NCBI GenBank assembly: GCA_964590365.1 | Contig: CAZPVR010000001.1 | Span: 1 to 40,579, forward strand | DNA from: an uncultured archaeon | Lineage (GTDB): Archaea > Aenigmatarchaeota > Aenigmatarchaeia > CG10238-14 > SCSR01 | Length of the DNA: 40,579 bases | Direction of reading: 5' to 3' | Shown here: positions 15,991 through 25,632 of the stretch, piece after piece | Layout: each line of letters begins with the position of its first letter | How positions within the stretch are numbered: the first letter of the stretch is position 1 | The notes under the pieces: model-generated | Database searches by the model: none | Told to the model about the DNA's origin: nothing | The model's input: only the letters and a program-made list of their open reading frames with translations | Translations under genes and position numbers: made by a program

Positions 15991-16876
15991 ATATTTCCAC
16001 CGATGGTCTCCTGCTCTTTACTAAACCAAGGAAGTTGAACTTGAAGATTATTATGAAAACTAAGATAAGCCAGAAGAATAACGGCTTTATCTCAAAACCA
16101 GAAAATGATGAAAGGATTATCATCAAAGTTATTCCGAGGCTTGGAATTATTATACCGAACATCATGTAGAGAAATGCTAAGGGATTCAATTGTGAACCAT
16201 ACCTCCTTATCATTACTCTCTGCTCTTCTGCCAGATTTCTAACTATGCTTTCCAAAGTATCTCCTATATCCGCTCCTGTCTTTATTGCATTTGCTATCTG
16301 CCACAAAGTCCTTCGGAAATAGAGAGAAGGATTCTTCCTTCCTATTTCTTCTAGCGCTTCAACATCTTGTACACCAGTAGAAATTTTCCTCACACATTCG
16401 TTGAATTCTTCAGAAACTAAACCATAACCTGCTTTTGAAACGGATACCATTGCATCGAATAAACTTACTCCTGACCTTACCTGAATCAATAAATGCCTTA
16501 TGGCAAAGAGTAAGTTTTTCTCCAAATCTTTTATTCTCCTCATAGAAATTAGCTTTGGGTAGAGAATTATGTAGAAGAAGGAGAGGATGGAAAGAGAAAA
16601 GGAGGAAAGAATTAATATTAACATTAAGCCTTTTGTAGGGAAGGTTAAAAGGGAAAAAAGGCCGAGAAGGGAGAAGAAGAGCAGAAACCAGAAGAGGGAG
16701 GAAAAAAGGGCTATGGCTAAATACTCATTCTCGTCGTAAGGAAAATTCGATTCGAAGAGAGAATCTTTTAAAAAAGGAAAAAATTTTTTAATCCTTAAAG
16801 CAATCCCAAAAAGCCGAAGCTTCTTGGATAACCTTAAACTTTTTTCCAAGCTGAAAGGTACAAAAGGCACTCTCAT
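15983..16876 (-). CDS. T2SSF-domain pilus platform protein (TadB/FlaJ-half-like)
   Basis: IQVRSGVSLFDAMVSVS...STGVQDVEALEEIG...IKTGADIGDTLESI followed by TM helices. Overlaps both neighbours. Confidence 0.75.
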   Translation of the reverse strand: MRVPFVPFSLEKSLRLSKKLRLFGIALRIKKFFPFLKDSLFESNFPYDENEYLAIALFSSLFWFLLFFSLLGLFSLLTFPTKGLMLILILSSFSLSILSFFYIILYPKLISMRRIKDLEKNLLFAIRHLLIQVRSGVSLFDAMVSVSKAGYGLVSEEFNECVRKISTGVQDVEALEEIGRKNPSLYFRRTLWQIANAIKTGADIGDTLESIVRNLAEEQRVMIRRYGSQLNPLAFLYMMFGIIIPSLGITLMIILSSFSGFEIKPLFFWLILVFIIIFKFNFLGLVKSRRPSVEIYV

Positions 16877-18402
16877 ATTCTCAACAATTCTTCCGGAACT
16901 AATGAAGTTGCTTTTGCATTCCTCTTAACCAAATCTAAAACATAGCTCGGGTTTGTATAATACTCTACAACAACCTTTCCCACCCCATCTATAGTCTTTA
17001 TTTTATTCTTTACCATCCACTTCAAAACCTGCTTTTTTTCCTCCAAATCCTGCTTGAATTCTTGGTCTGTCATGCCTGTATGCATCTTCAAATCCTCTAT
17101 TAAACGCATGCTCTTTTCGCTCTCTATTATTTTATCTTGAGCAGGATACCATTTGTACAGTATTCTTATTCCGGTTTTCATGGCTTGCATAGGGCCTGAA
17201 ACTATTTCGGCTAACTGAAAAAGTCTTCTAAAACCCCTTCTCCTATCCCTAAACATAACTGCAATTAAATGTAACGCTTCCAACAAAGTTTCAGGAACGT
17301 TTATAGGAGGGTTTATTAGCCTTTTATAAGTTTGCGCAGCAGTATCTGCATGTAAGGTTGCGTAAACGCTATGGCCAGTATGCATAGCCTCGAACAAAAC
17401 CTCAGCCTGATCCCCTTTTCTTATTTCTCCTACTATTATCCTATCGGGCCTCATTCTCAAACTATTTACAAGCAAATCGAGCATAGAAACTTCCCCCTTT
17501 CCTTCAGGGTTTGGCTCTCTTGTAGTTAAAGGAACCCAATGCAAGAATTTTGGAAGCCAAATTTCCCTCGTATCCTCTATGCTTATTATCCTTTGGTTTG
17601 GAGGAATAAAAGTCATTAAAACATTTAAAAAAGTTGTTTTTCCTGAAGCAGTACCTCCTGAAACTATCATGTTCATTTCGTATTGAATTGCTGACCATAG
17701 CAAGGAAGCAACATCTAAGCTTAAAGTATTGTTTTCTATTAAATCGGTTATTACCCATGGTTTTCTTCTAAAAAGCCTTATGCTTATAGTATTTCCCTTT
17801 GTGCTTATTGGGAAGAGAGTTGCATTAACCCTATCTCCACTTGGCAAGTGAGCATCCATCAAAGGGTTTAAAGTTGTTATCTGCCTTCCAACTTTCCTTC
17901 CTATTATCGATGCATAATTCTGGATTTGGGCTTCGCTTGGAATGAAAACGTTTGTTTTAAGCCATCCGTACTTTTTATGATAAACCCAAACAGGCTCCTC
18001 AGCATTATTCACAACTATATCTTCCAGATTTCCATCAGCGAGCAAAAGCTCCAATTTTCCCAATCCAAGCATTTCATGCACTAAAGTTCCTGCTAAGTAT
18101 TCACAAACTTCAAGCGGAATTCCTACCAACTCTTTCCTTAAAATCTCAAAGGCTTGATCAAAAAATTTAATCTTCAATTCTTCCAAGGCTTTCGGGTTTA
18201 TGAGCTCAGAAGTTTTTATAGAAACTTGAGCCAATAGTTTTTCTCTTATCTGGTCCAGCAAGGCAAGGGTTCCTGCCTCTATTTCAGGAAGCTTTAATAC
18301 GTATAAAGGAACCAACTCTTTTGGAGATGTTTGAATACTTACCTCTCCTCTCACTCTATCGCATTCAACAAAATACTTCTCCAACTCTCTTTCCTCACTC
18401 AA
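16873..18402 (-). CDS. type IV pilus/archaellum-family secretion ATPase (FlaI/PilB/TadA, VirB11-like)
   Basis: Walker A SGGTASGKTTFLN, Asp box ISIEDTREI, Walker B RIIVGEIR, His box GHSVYATLHA. Confidence 0.9.
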   Translation of the reverse strand: MSEERELEKYFVECDRVRGEVSIQTSPKELVPLYVLKLPEIEAGTLALLDQIREKLLAQVSIKTSELINPKALEELKIKFFDQAFEILRKELVGIPLEVCEYLAGTLVHEMLGLGKLELLLADGNLEDIVVNNAEEPVWVYHKKYGWLKTNVFIPSEAQIQNYASIIGRKVGRQITTLNPLMDAHLPSGDRVNATLFPISTKGNTISIRLFRRKPWVITDLIENNTLSLDVASLLWSAIQYEMNMIVSGGTASGKTTFLNVLMTFIPPNQRIISIEDTREIWLPKFLHWVPLTTREPNPEGKGEVSMLDLLVNSLRMRPDRIIVGEIRKGDQAEVLFEAMHTGHSVYATLHADTAAQTYKRLINPPINVPETLLEALHLIAVMFRDRRRGFRRLFQLAEIVSGPMQAMKTGIRILYKWYPAQDKIIESEKSMRLIEDLKMHTGMTDQEFKQDLEEKKQVLKWMVKNKIKTIDGVGKVVVEYYTNPSYVLDLVKRNAKATSLVPEELLRI

Positions 18403-19256
18403 GGCTTAACCTCCTTTTTCTTAAATATAGGCTTTCCTATCGGGGGATAAACTATTTCTATTAAGTTGTGCTTTTCCAGAATTTTACCCCATTCTTCAAT
18501 TTTGCTTTCGGGAATATCCATCCTTTTCCTTATTTCTTCCACGCTTATAGAGCCCTCTCTTTCAACAATTTTTAAAATTTCATCCAAATAAGTTTCTACA
18601 AATTCTAATTGTTTCTCCGGTTCTTTAATTACTCTAATCAAAAAATCTTTTGAAAGCCCTTTAATTATATCCTTTTTAGTAACTATTCCAACGAGTTCTC
18701 CCCTTTCGTTTATTACAGGCAATCTTGATATGTTATATTTATTCATCAAATCCGCAGCTTTCGAAACCTTTGCTTTTTCATATATAGCTATAGGACTTTT
18801 ACTCATCGCCTCGCTAACCTTAATGTACTTAAGCTTTTTTAATCCAAGAGTATCAAGTTCTAAAATACTTTTTGACCCTATTATTTTTATTATATCCGAT
18901 TCGCTTATTACTCCAACAAACTTATTTCCCTCAACAACTGGCAGGCCGGAAAAATTTTTTTCTGAAAGCAACTGAACTACATAGCTTAAATTGTCATCAG
19001 GCCTAACTTTCACAACATTTCTAGTCATTATTTCTTCTACAGTACTTTCCCTTACAACTTGCTTTTCAGCTTTCTCTCTCTTTTCCAAAACTCTTTCAAC
19101 CTTCTTCCTAACTTTACTCTTTACTTTTTTCCCCGCACTTTTTTTCTTCCTTTTCCCAACTTTTTTGAAAATTACCTTTTCTATTTCTTCTAACTCCTTA
19201 ATCTCTTTTGCTTTTTCTTCCTTCTTAGCTTTTTTTGAGTCTTTAAGCAAGATCAT
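18399..19256 (-). CDS. CBS-domain pair protein with a Lys-rich N-terminus and a winged-helix-like C-terminus
   Basis: Two CBS repeats (IMTRNVVKVRPDDNLSYVVQLL...GLPVV; AMSKSPIAIYEKAKVSKAADLM...RLPVI). C-terminal ILKIVEREGSISVEEIRKRMDIPESKIEEWGKILEKHNLIE. Overlaps the ATPase gene by 4 nt. Confidence 0.8.
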   Translation of the reverse strand: MILLKDSKKAKKEEKAKEIKELEEIEKVIFKKVGKRKKKSAGKKVKSKVRKKVERVLEKREKAEKQVVRESTVEEIMTRNVVKVRPDDNLSYVVQLLSEKNFSGLPVVEGNKFVGVISESDIIKIIGSKSILELDTLGLKKLKYIKVSEAMSKSPIAIYEKAKVSKAADLMNKYNISRLPVINERGELVGIVTKKDIIKGLSKDFLIRVIKEPEKQLEFVETYLDEILKIVEREGSISVEEIRKRMDIPESKIEEWGKILEKHNLIEIVYPPIGKPIFKKKEVKP

Positions 19257-19294
19257 GCTTTCTATAAATAATTTAACTTATCAAATAATTAACA

Positions 19295-20008
19295 TTATAC
19301 TACAAAAAGCCAGAGTTTGCCGATATAGTAAAGATCTAAATCTTTTTTCAAGTAGAATTCTAACGAACTCCAATTTCCTGTTTTTTGAATGGAAGGATGA
19401 GCGATTAGAGGCAAGCTTACTATCTGTTTTGTAACGTTAAACTCTTGGGCTGAAGGTTCCCATATATTGATTAAATGATAATCTCCGAGGGAAAAATGAT
19501 CTTTTAAATCGCCAAAAATTTCAAAACCTTCCCATCCAGGAACTGTTAACAAATCCTGTATGAAAATATAGAATATTGTAACCGGTTGAGTAAAATTATA
19601 GGTTTCCTCGAATCCTTTTCCTTCGTAAAAGCTTGTGTTGAGGAAAGAATCAAATTTTTTTAAAATTATGTAGTAAGGAGGTTTTTCATTCAAACAAACT
19701 TTTATCCCTCCCTCCCCTATAGTTTCGCTTTCCTCCATTTTTCCAGAGCAAATATCGAAAATTTCTAGGTTAATTTTTCTGGAAACATTATAGTTTGAGT
19801 ATTCTGGATAGGCATAAGGAAAGGAAAGCTCTTTTTCAGTTACTTCAAAAGGCGGGGGTGGAATTTCAAGTAGGAATTCGCTTCTATTTTCTATTTCATA
19901 CCTTTCTCCAAACTTTGGTAAAGGTATGAAATAAGGCTTTTTAATAGATATTATTATGAAAATCAGGATGAAAAGTAAAATCAAGGCAATTACAACATAC
20001 TTTTTCAT
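19295..20008 (-). CDS. membrane-anchored hypothetical protein of the pilus cluster
   Basis: N-terminal signal anchor MKKYVVIALILLFILIFIIISI. Extracellular part contains NxS/T sequons. Confidence 0.5.
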   Translation of the reverse strand: MKKYVVIALILLFILIFIIISIKKPYFIPLPKFGERYEIENRSEFLLEIPPPPFEVTEKELSFPYAYPEYSNYNVSRKINLEIFDICSGKMEESETIGEGGIKVCLNEKPPYYIILKKFDSFLNTSFYEGKGFEETYNFTQPVTIFYIFIQDLLTVPGWEGFEIFGDLKDHFSLGDYHLINIWEPSAQEFNVTKQIVSLPLIAHPSIQKTGNWSSLEFYLKKDLDLYYIGKLWLFVV

Positions 20009-20036
20009 AAATTTAATTTGATTTTTGAAAAGAAAA

Positions 20037-21311
20037 TTATGTTTCTTCTAAGATTTCGCTCACTTGATAAATTTCTGCATGGCTTAAATCTCCACAAAGC
20101 TCAGAATCCATCCTCAACTCATAGCCAAAACCTTCTAAGTAAAAGCCTTTTACAGGCTTAGCTGTATGGGAAACTTCTGAAAAGTATAAATGATCTATAT
20201 TACTTTTCTCTCCGCTTATTGGCAAATCCAAACTTTTTAAGTAAACTTTATTTACTAAACTTTCCAAACCTATAACATTTTCGCTTTTGCTTCTATATTT
20301 TTCCTGAACTTCAAGCTTTCCCTCAAGCCTATCCAAAAAGCTTCCTCCTTTATTGCTAGTAATGTAGAAAGAATTCCTTAAATGATCTTTCAAATTTTCT
20401 ATGTACCAAACCTTCCTTTCATTTATTAGCAATTTCGTATTGTTAGGCAATATTTTAGTTGCATTATTTACTCCAGAAACGAAAGGAATGCTGAAATTTT
20501 CCTCGCATTCGCATATTACCCCTCCAAACTTCTGTTCAATTAAGCTTTTTACTCCAGAAACATCATCTATCACTAAGATTATGCTCTTATTTTCGTTTAT
20601 ACTTTCTACATAATCTCTTGAAGTTATTAAGGTTGGGCCATAAAAACTATAGTTTCCATAAGCTCCGGAAGCCAATAAGCTGGTGAAATTTGCAGAATAA
20701 GGACTTTTTGTTATTATGTTCGTTGCCCTTCCAAGAGTATTTAAAGGATAAATTGGATCTTCAAACCCTATTATCGAAATTAAATTCGATTTTTCAACTA
20801 TTTTATTTAAGGAGGCAATTCCATCCTTTTCGGTAATGTTTATCGATAAGTTTGCTTCGAACAACAAATTCCAGCTATCAAAAGGTTTTACTCCATAGCT
20901 CAAAAGAGAAATTTCAACTATAAAACCTCTTTCCATGCTCAGAAGCTTAATTTTCTCTATCCATTCAGGAATTGTAGTGCCCTCGAGCAAAACTTCTTTC
21001 TTACCGAACAAGCTTCCGTTAATAACAAGTTCTTCCAGCCTTTTATCCGCTTCATCCAAGCCAATTCCGTTTGTTATAACATAGCTTATTGCGGAAGAAA
21101 TTGCCCTTGGGAAAGCTATCATTTTAACTTCTTTATCCCAATCTCTCAAAATACTTTTGTAGAGGCTATACATTTCCCTAACTCTTACTTCGGTCCCGAT
21201 TATTTCCCTATGCCTAGAAATAGAAATTGAGTAAAAAATTATTACCGATAAAATCGTTCCTGCCAAAACCATCGTAACTAGTGAAAACATCATTCCTTTC
21301 ATCTTTCCCAC
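20037..21311 (-). CDS. large pilin-like/pilus-associated protein (424 aa)
   Basis: The N-terminus MGKMKG-MMFSLVTMVLAGTILSVIIF is compatible with a class III signal peptide. Overlaps the upstream gene. Confidence 0.5.
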   Translation of the reverse strand: MGKMKGMMFSLVTMVLAGTILSVIIFYSISISRHREIIGTEVRVREMYSLYKSILRDWDKEVKMIAFPRAISSAISYVITNGIGLDEADKRLEELVINGSLFGKKEVLLEGTTIPEWIEKIKLLSMERGFIVEISLLSYGVKPFDSWNLLFEANLSINITEKDGIASLNKIVEKSNLISIIGFEDPIYPLNTLGRATNIITKSPYSANFTSLLASGAYGNYSFYGPTLITSRDYVESINENKSIILVIDDVSGVKSLIEQKFGGVICECEENFSIPFVSGVNNATKILPNNTKLLINERKVWYIENLKDHLRNSFYITSNKGGSFLDRLEGKLEVQEKYRSKSENVIGLESLVNKVYLKSLDLPISGEKSNIDHLYFSEVSHTAKPVKGFYLEGFGYELRMDSELCGDLSHAEIYQVSEILEET

Positions 21312-23251
21312 ACTAATACTTTAAACAATGCTGGCCCCCAAGGATATCTTAAGCCATAAACAGTTTTATTCTCTATTTCTATATCCTCTGCTGAAACCCC
21401 TTCTGCTCCAATTTGCTCTATAAGCCTATTCTTTGCATCCTCTATTGCTAAATCTGAAGAATTGAAAACTTTTCCGTAGCCCACTAAAGCCTTAACTAAA
21501 TAAGTGAACTCGAAAGAGCTATAGTTTAAAATAAGGTTAGTTACGCTTAAAGAGCCTCCTGGCTGAAAATCCAGAACTTTTAAGTAATTTTTTCCAGGAG
21601 AAAATATCTTTGGTTCTATGAAAACTGAAGAAGGGATTGCTCTTACGGCTGGGGATGAAAAAACATCTATCCAATCACAAGTTTCATTCCTTGCAGAAAC
21701 GTTTATCATGCAGCTAAACCCTTGAGCCACGTGAGTAAAAGTTTGAACAAGCCTTGCTTGAGACTGATTCAAAGTAAAATTAAATTCTTTTGGGTTTGAA
21801 TGATTTCCTCCATATATCAATTCCTTCGTTATATCTATTTCTCCATATCCGTAAATTGGATTATCAAGCTCGTAATAAACTTCTACGTAAGAAGAATTGT
21901 CAGGATCGTTTAAAGGATCGGAATAAATCCTACTTTCTTTATCCCCCCAATGCCTATCGCCATAACAGTTAACATAAACGCTAACCACATTAGTTCCATT
22001 TTTTACTTTATCAGTGATGTTTAAATCTATTATTACATCCTTGGTTTCTTTTATCGTACAAGCATATTGATAAGGAAATTTTTTCCACTTGCATGCTGGA
22101 TAGCATTCTTCATCGTTTGAGCAAAACCCATCTTTGAAGTAAGCACCCTTAGAGTTTATATAGATTAAAATGTCGCTTGAATTCCTCCCATATCTATCAA
22201 AAGTATCTTCCACTTCTTTCAAATTCAAATAAAGCCTCGCGCTTACATTCTTTGCATTTTCTGGTATGAAGAAGGAGGCTGTAGCCCAGGAGCCTGTATA
22301 TCCAGAAACATCGTCAAAATAATACCTTTTCTTAAAAGCTCTTTCTCCTTCCCTACTCTCTTGAGTCAAGGAATAAGTCGCAACCAAACGCATTCCTGGA
22401 TGTAGATGGGAATGGTAATTTGGCGTTCCTATTGCAAGATAAATCGTATTATTTCCCGGTTTTATTTCTTTTGTTACATCTACAAACCCATAAGCTGCTG
22501 TTGTTATTTCACTTCCTTGATAGAGCTCTTCTAAGTAATTCCAAACAATATCATTCTCCTTTCGAACACCGTTAACAGAAAGATTTTGGAATTTTGCTTG
22601 TGTTTTGCTAGTACCGAAATGTACTGAGACCCAAAGAGTTGCGTTATAAATTATTGCATCTTGAGGTAAAGCAAATTTTTTTGTTACTTCAAGCCTATTT
22701 GCTGTCCATCCAGAGCCTTCGGGTAAAAATGGTATTATCTCAGTCGTATTTTTTCTTACTTTCCTTGCCCATGCTCTTGAAACATAGCCATAAACAGGCT
22801 TTCCCACTTCATAGCCAGACTCTATCATAGAGCTTATGGCAACGCTTCCCACCATTTCATCGCAAGAAGAATAGATTGTTTGATTCTCAACCTCAAGCCT
22901 TAGGCAGGATGAATTGAAAAACCCTAACATCTCTCTTGAAATATTTTCAGCTATAGAATAATTTCCGCTAAACCAAAAGCTTCCTATCAAATCTATAACA
23001 CTTCTATTCAAATCTTCTTCCTTTATAACCCCTTCCTCAATTAAAATTTTAATAGTTTCGCTTTTTGCTTCATAAACTCTTAGCTCAGCTAGAAGGTTTA
23101 AAGCATCTGCTGCAACATAACCTATTTGCTCATACTTTCTTTCAGGAATTGCGCTTTGGTATTTAAGCAGAATTAACGAAGTTATTAGAAGTATTATTAT
23201 GGATAAGGAAATTATAGCATCCAGGCTAAACACAAAACCTTTCACTCCCAT
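21299..23251 (-). CDS. very large pilin-like surface protein (650 aa), sequon-rich, candidate tip adhesin
   Basis: MGVKG-FVFSLDAIISLSIIILLITSL (KG/FxFSLDA class III signal). I count about 22 N-x-S/T sequons, plus multiple Cys pairs. Confidence 0.6.
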   Translation of the reverse strand: MGVKGFVFSLDAIISLSIIILLITSLILLKYQSAIPERKYEQIGYVAADALNLLAELRVYEAKSETIKILIEEGVIKEEDLNRSVIDLIGSFWFSGNYSIAENISREMLGFFNSSCLRLEVENQTIYSSCDEMVGSVAISSMIESGYEVGKPVYGYVSRAWARKVRKNTTEIIPFLPEGSGWTANRLEVTKKFALPQDAIIYNATLWVSVHFGTSKTQAKFQNLSVNGVRKENDIVWNYLEELYQGSEITTAAYGFVDVTKEIKPGNNTIYLAIGTPNYHSHLHPGMRLVATYSLTQESREGERAFKKRYYFDDVSGYTGSWATASFFIPENAKNVSARLYLNLKEVEDTFDRYGRNSSDILIYINSKGAYFKDGFCSNDEECYPACKWKKFPYQYACTIKETKDVIIDLNITDKVKNGTNVVSVYVNCYGDRHWGDKESRIYSDPLNDPDNSSYVEVYYELDNPIYGYGEIDITKELIYGGNHSNPKEFNFTLNQSQARLVQTFTHVAQGFSCMINVSARNETCDWIDVFSSPAVRAIPSSVFIEPKIFSPGKNYLKVLDFQPGGSLSVTNLILNYSSFEFTYLVKALVGYGKVFNSSDLAIEDAKNRLIEQIGAEGVSAEDIEIENKTVYGLRYPWGPALFKVLVWER

Positions 23252-23724
23252 ACTATTACCTCAATTATTATTGGAGATGAATTTAAAATTCCTATTCTCT
23301 CAACCTTCACAGCATTGGAAGCTTCATTTGGATTTAAACCAAAAAAGTATATCATGCTACTTTCATTCCTAAGTACAAAAGCGAAGTTAAAGTTAAAATT
23401 CAATTTTTTCTTAACATCCTCATAACCCATCTCGCTCAAAAATGAAAGTTTTGTGTAATTTATTCTATTTTTATTTGATAATCCAATAACTCTAACATTC
23501 TCTTTACTCCAATACTCCGGAACGCCTTCTATGAAAAATATTTCAGAAAGCGAAAGAGCAGAATCTGTTAAATCTTCCAACCTTCTCCTTTCAGAAATTT
23601 GTAAATTTGTGAAGTTCCAAAATAGCATGAGCAGAGAAAAACTTATTAAGAAGATTGTTAAAGCGATAAGAAAATCGAAAGAAAAAGTTTGACCTTTATT
23701 CAACATATATTTCACCATTCTCAT
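23242..23724 (-). CDS. pilin-like protein (class III signal peptide)
   Basis: ...MLNKGQ-TFSFDFLIALTIFLISFSLLMLF. Confidence 0.6.
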   Translation of the reverse strand: MRMVKYMLNKGQTFSFDFLIALTIFLISFSLLMLFWNFTNLQISERRRLEDLTDSALSLSEIFFIEGVPEYWSKENVRVIGLSNKNRINYTKLSFLSEMGYEDVKKKLNFNFNFAFVLRNESSMIYFFGLNPNEASNAVKVERIGILNSSPIIIEVIVWE

Positions 23725-24082
23725 TCTTTATAACATTCTTTCCTTTTTTTATTTCACCATTTATGCTTTCAGCCAAAGTAGAGCAAGAAGCAAACTTATC
23801 ATCAAACCTTACAATAACTGAATAGTTTTTGATTTCTACTGAATAATCTATTCCGCCAAAGAGCTTTTCTTCCAAAGAAAAATCTCTTTCGTAACCATCC
23901 CCAATTTTAATCGCTCTGTTGATTTCTGAGCTTACTTTCTTGCAAACCTCCATGGCACTCGAATAAACCCTTTCCTCAAAAACGTTAGTCTGAAAAGTTC
24001 CTGAAGTAAGGAATGTTACGGTTGCTACTAAAATTAGTACGGAAAGCAGAATTAAAAATTCCAAGCTTACTTGCCCTTTCAT
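23696..24082 (-). CDS. pilin-like protein (class III signal peptide)
   Basis: MKGQ-VSLEFLILLSVLILVATV. Confidence 0.7.
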   Translation of the reverse strand: MKGQVSLEFLILLSVLILVATVTFLTSGTFQTNVFEERVYSSAMEVCKKVSSEINRAIKIGDGYERDFSLEEKLFGGIDYSVEIKNYSVIVRFDDKFASCSTLAESINGEIKKGKNVIKNENGEIYVE

Positions 24083-24480
24083 TCAACCACGCTTATATTA
24101 ACAAAGTTATACTCTGCTACAATCAAGATGTTGTAATAACCCTCGTTTATGGGAAGAAATCCTGTAACGTTAGCTTTCGTTTTTCTCACTATAATTTGCT
24201 CGCTATCCTTGAATTTCAAAGAAATTTTGTAATCTGAAATGTTTATGTATTCTACAAGCTCTGGAATGTAAACGTTTATTTTAACTCTAGAAGGTGGGCC
24301 TAAGGAGTAGACCCAATCAGAATTTTCAGCTATCCTTTCTACAGTACTTTCCGCGAGCTTAAACCTTAATTCCTTTTTGGATGATGATATAATCGAATTA
24401 GCATACAATATTGCTGGGGTTAAAACAAGGAGAGCTATGCTAACTATTATTAAATATTCCAAAGATGCTTGTGTCTTCAT
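24079..24480 (-). CDS. pilin-like protein (class III signal peptide), first gene of the pilus cluster
   Basis: MKTQ-ASLEYLIIVSIALLVLTPAIL. Confidence 0.7.
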   Translation of the reverse strand: MKTQASLEYLIIVSIALLVLTPAILYANSIISSSKKELRFKLAESTVERIAENSDWVYSLGPPSRVKINVYIPELVEYINISDYKISLKFKDSEQIIVRKTKANVTGFLPINEGYYNILIVAEYNFVNISVVE

Positions 24481-24508
24481 AATTTAAGTTTAAGATTGGG
24501 AGAATAAA

Positions 24509-24910
24509 TTAAATCTTCCTTACCGGATACTTACAACCGCAAGCATCGCACTTTATGAAATAAAGCCTATCTTCTTTTACAATTTTCGTATCCGGGTTCT
24601 TACATTCTTTACAAATCACAAATTCATTAACGTAATCCGATATTTTCTTTTTTATTAGCTCCGGAGAAATCCTTCCCTGGAACATTAACATTCCGCTTTG
24701 AACATCTCCCATGGTAGCCAATTCTTTGAACAAGTAAGTTGAGAAGTGCCTTTCATCCCTTCTAATGACTGAAGCTATCTCGGAAAAATTCCTCAAAATC
24801 GTTTTCTTCTTACTAACTTCTATTATAGGCTCTGGAACTTCAAACCTTTCTTTCCTCTCGCTTTTTTGAATTTGTTGAAAAGCTTTTTCCAAAAGCTCTT
24901 CGTAATTCAT
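24509..24910 (-). CDS. eif2b: translation initiation factor aIF2 beta subunit
   Basis: YEELLEKAF...FEVPEP..., eIF2beta/eIF5-type core and C-terminal zinc ribbon CKECKNPDT...CDACG. 133 aa. Confidence 0.9.
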   Translation of the reverse strand: MNYEELLEKAFQQIQKSERKERFEVPEPIIEVSKKKTILRNFSEIASVIRRDERHFSTYLFKELATMGDVQSGMLMFQGRISPELIKKKISDYVNEFVICKECKNPDTKIVKEDRLYFIKCDACGCKYPVRKI

Positions 24911-25632
24911 TTATTCACCCTCTTCAAAACTCCTGGAGTTGGTTCGAATATTTCTCCTGAATTTAGCAAGCTATCCAAAGTTTTTTCTACCTCGCTTTCA
25001 GGCAAATTGCTTAACTCAAATATTCTTGCAACCTCCACCCCATTACCCTCGTCAAGCTCCTCTATAAGCTTTAATATAATTGGCTTGTAATCGATTTCCC
25101 TATCCCTATTTAGAACTTCTAAAATATATTTAACGCTCTCTTCTTCAAGCCCATACTTTTCCTTTGCATAATTTATTATCTCTCCTTCAGGCAATTTGCA
25201 AATACTTTTTATATCATCAACTATTCTTTTTTGGGTTATAATATCCTTTAAGACTTCAAGCCTCCTCATAATCTCAAAATTTGGCTCAACCTTTCTTATA
25301 ATTTCGCAAGAAACATAAATTTCACCATCGAACTCTTTCACCTTTCCTATGACTTGAACTAAATCGCCTTTTTCAAAATTTTTTAGCAGCTCAACCTTTT
25401 CACCAAAACCCTTAACTCTTATGCTTCCGCTTCCATCGTCCAAAAGCAAGAAAGAATAATTTTCAGTGGAGAACTTATCTATTACGCTCCCAACTAAATT
25501 AACCCTTGAAATTTTTTGGCCGAGAGGAGAAATTAAAAAACTTTCCTTCAAATCCTCTCTACTTCCATGAAAAAATTTTCCTTCAACTATGTCCTTAATC
25601 CTAACTTTTTTTGAAGGGGATCTTTCTTTCAT
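24907..25632 (-). CDS. OB-fold nucleic-acid-binding protein, RPA32/RPA2-like with a C-terminal winged helix
   Basis: OB-fold pattern ISRVNLVGSVIDKF...GSIRVKGF...VQVIGKVKEFDGEIYVSCEIIRKV plus a helical C-terminal domain. Starts immediately after the mcm stop. Confidence 0.55.
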   Translation of the reverse strand: MKERSPSKKVRIKDIVEGKFFHGSREDLKESFLISPLGQKISRVNLVGSVIDKFSTENYSFLLLDDGSGSIRVKGFGEKVELLKNFEKGDLVQVIGKVKEFDGEIYVSCEIIRKVEPNFEIMRRLEVLKDIITQKRIVDDIKSICKLPEGEIINYAKEKYGLEEESVKYILEVLNRDREIDYKPIILKLIEELDEGNGVEVARIFELSNLPESEVEKTLDSLLNSGEIFEPTPGVLKRVNK

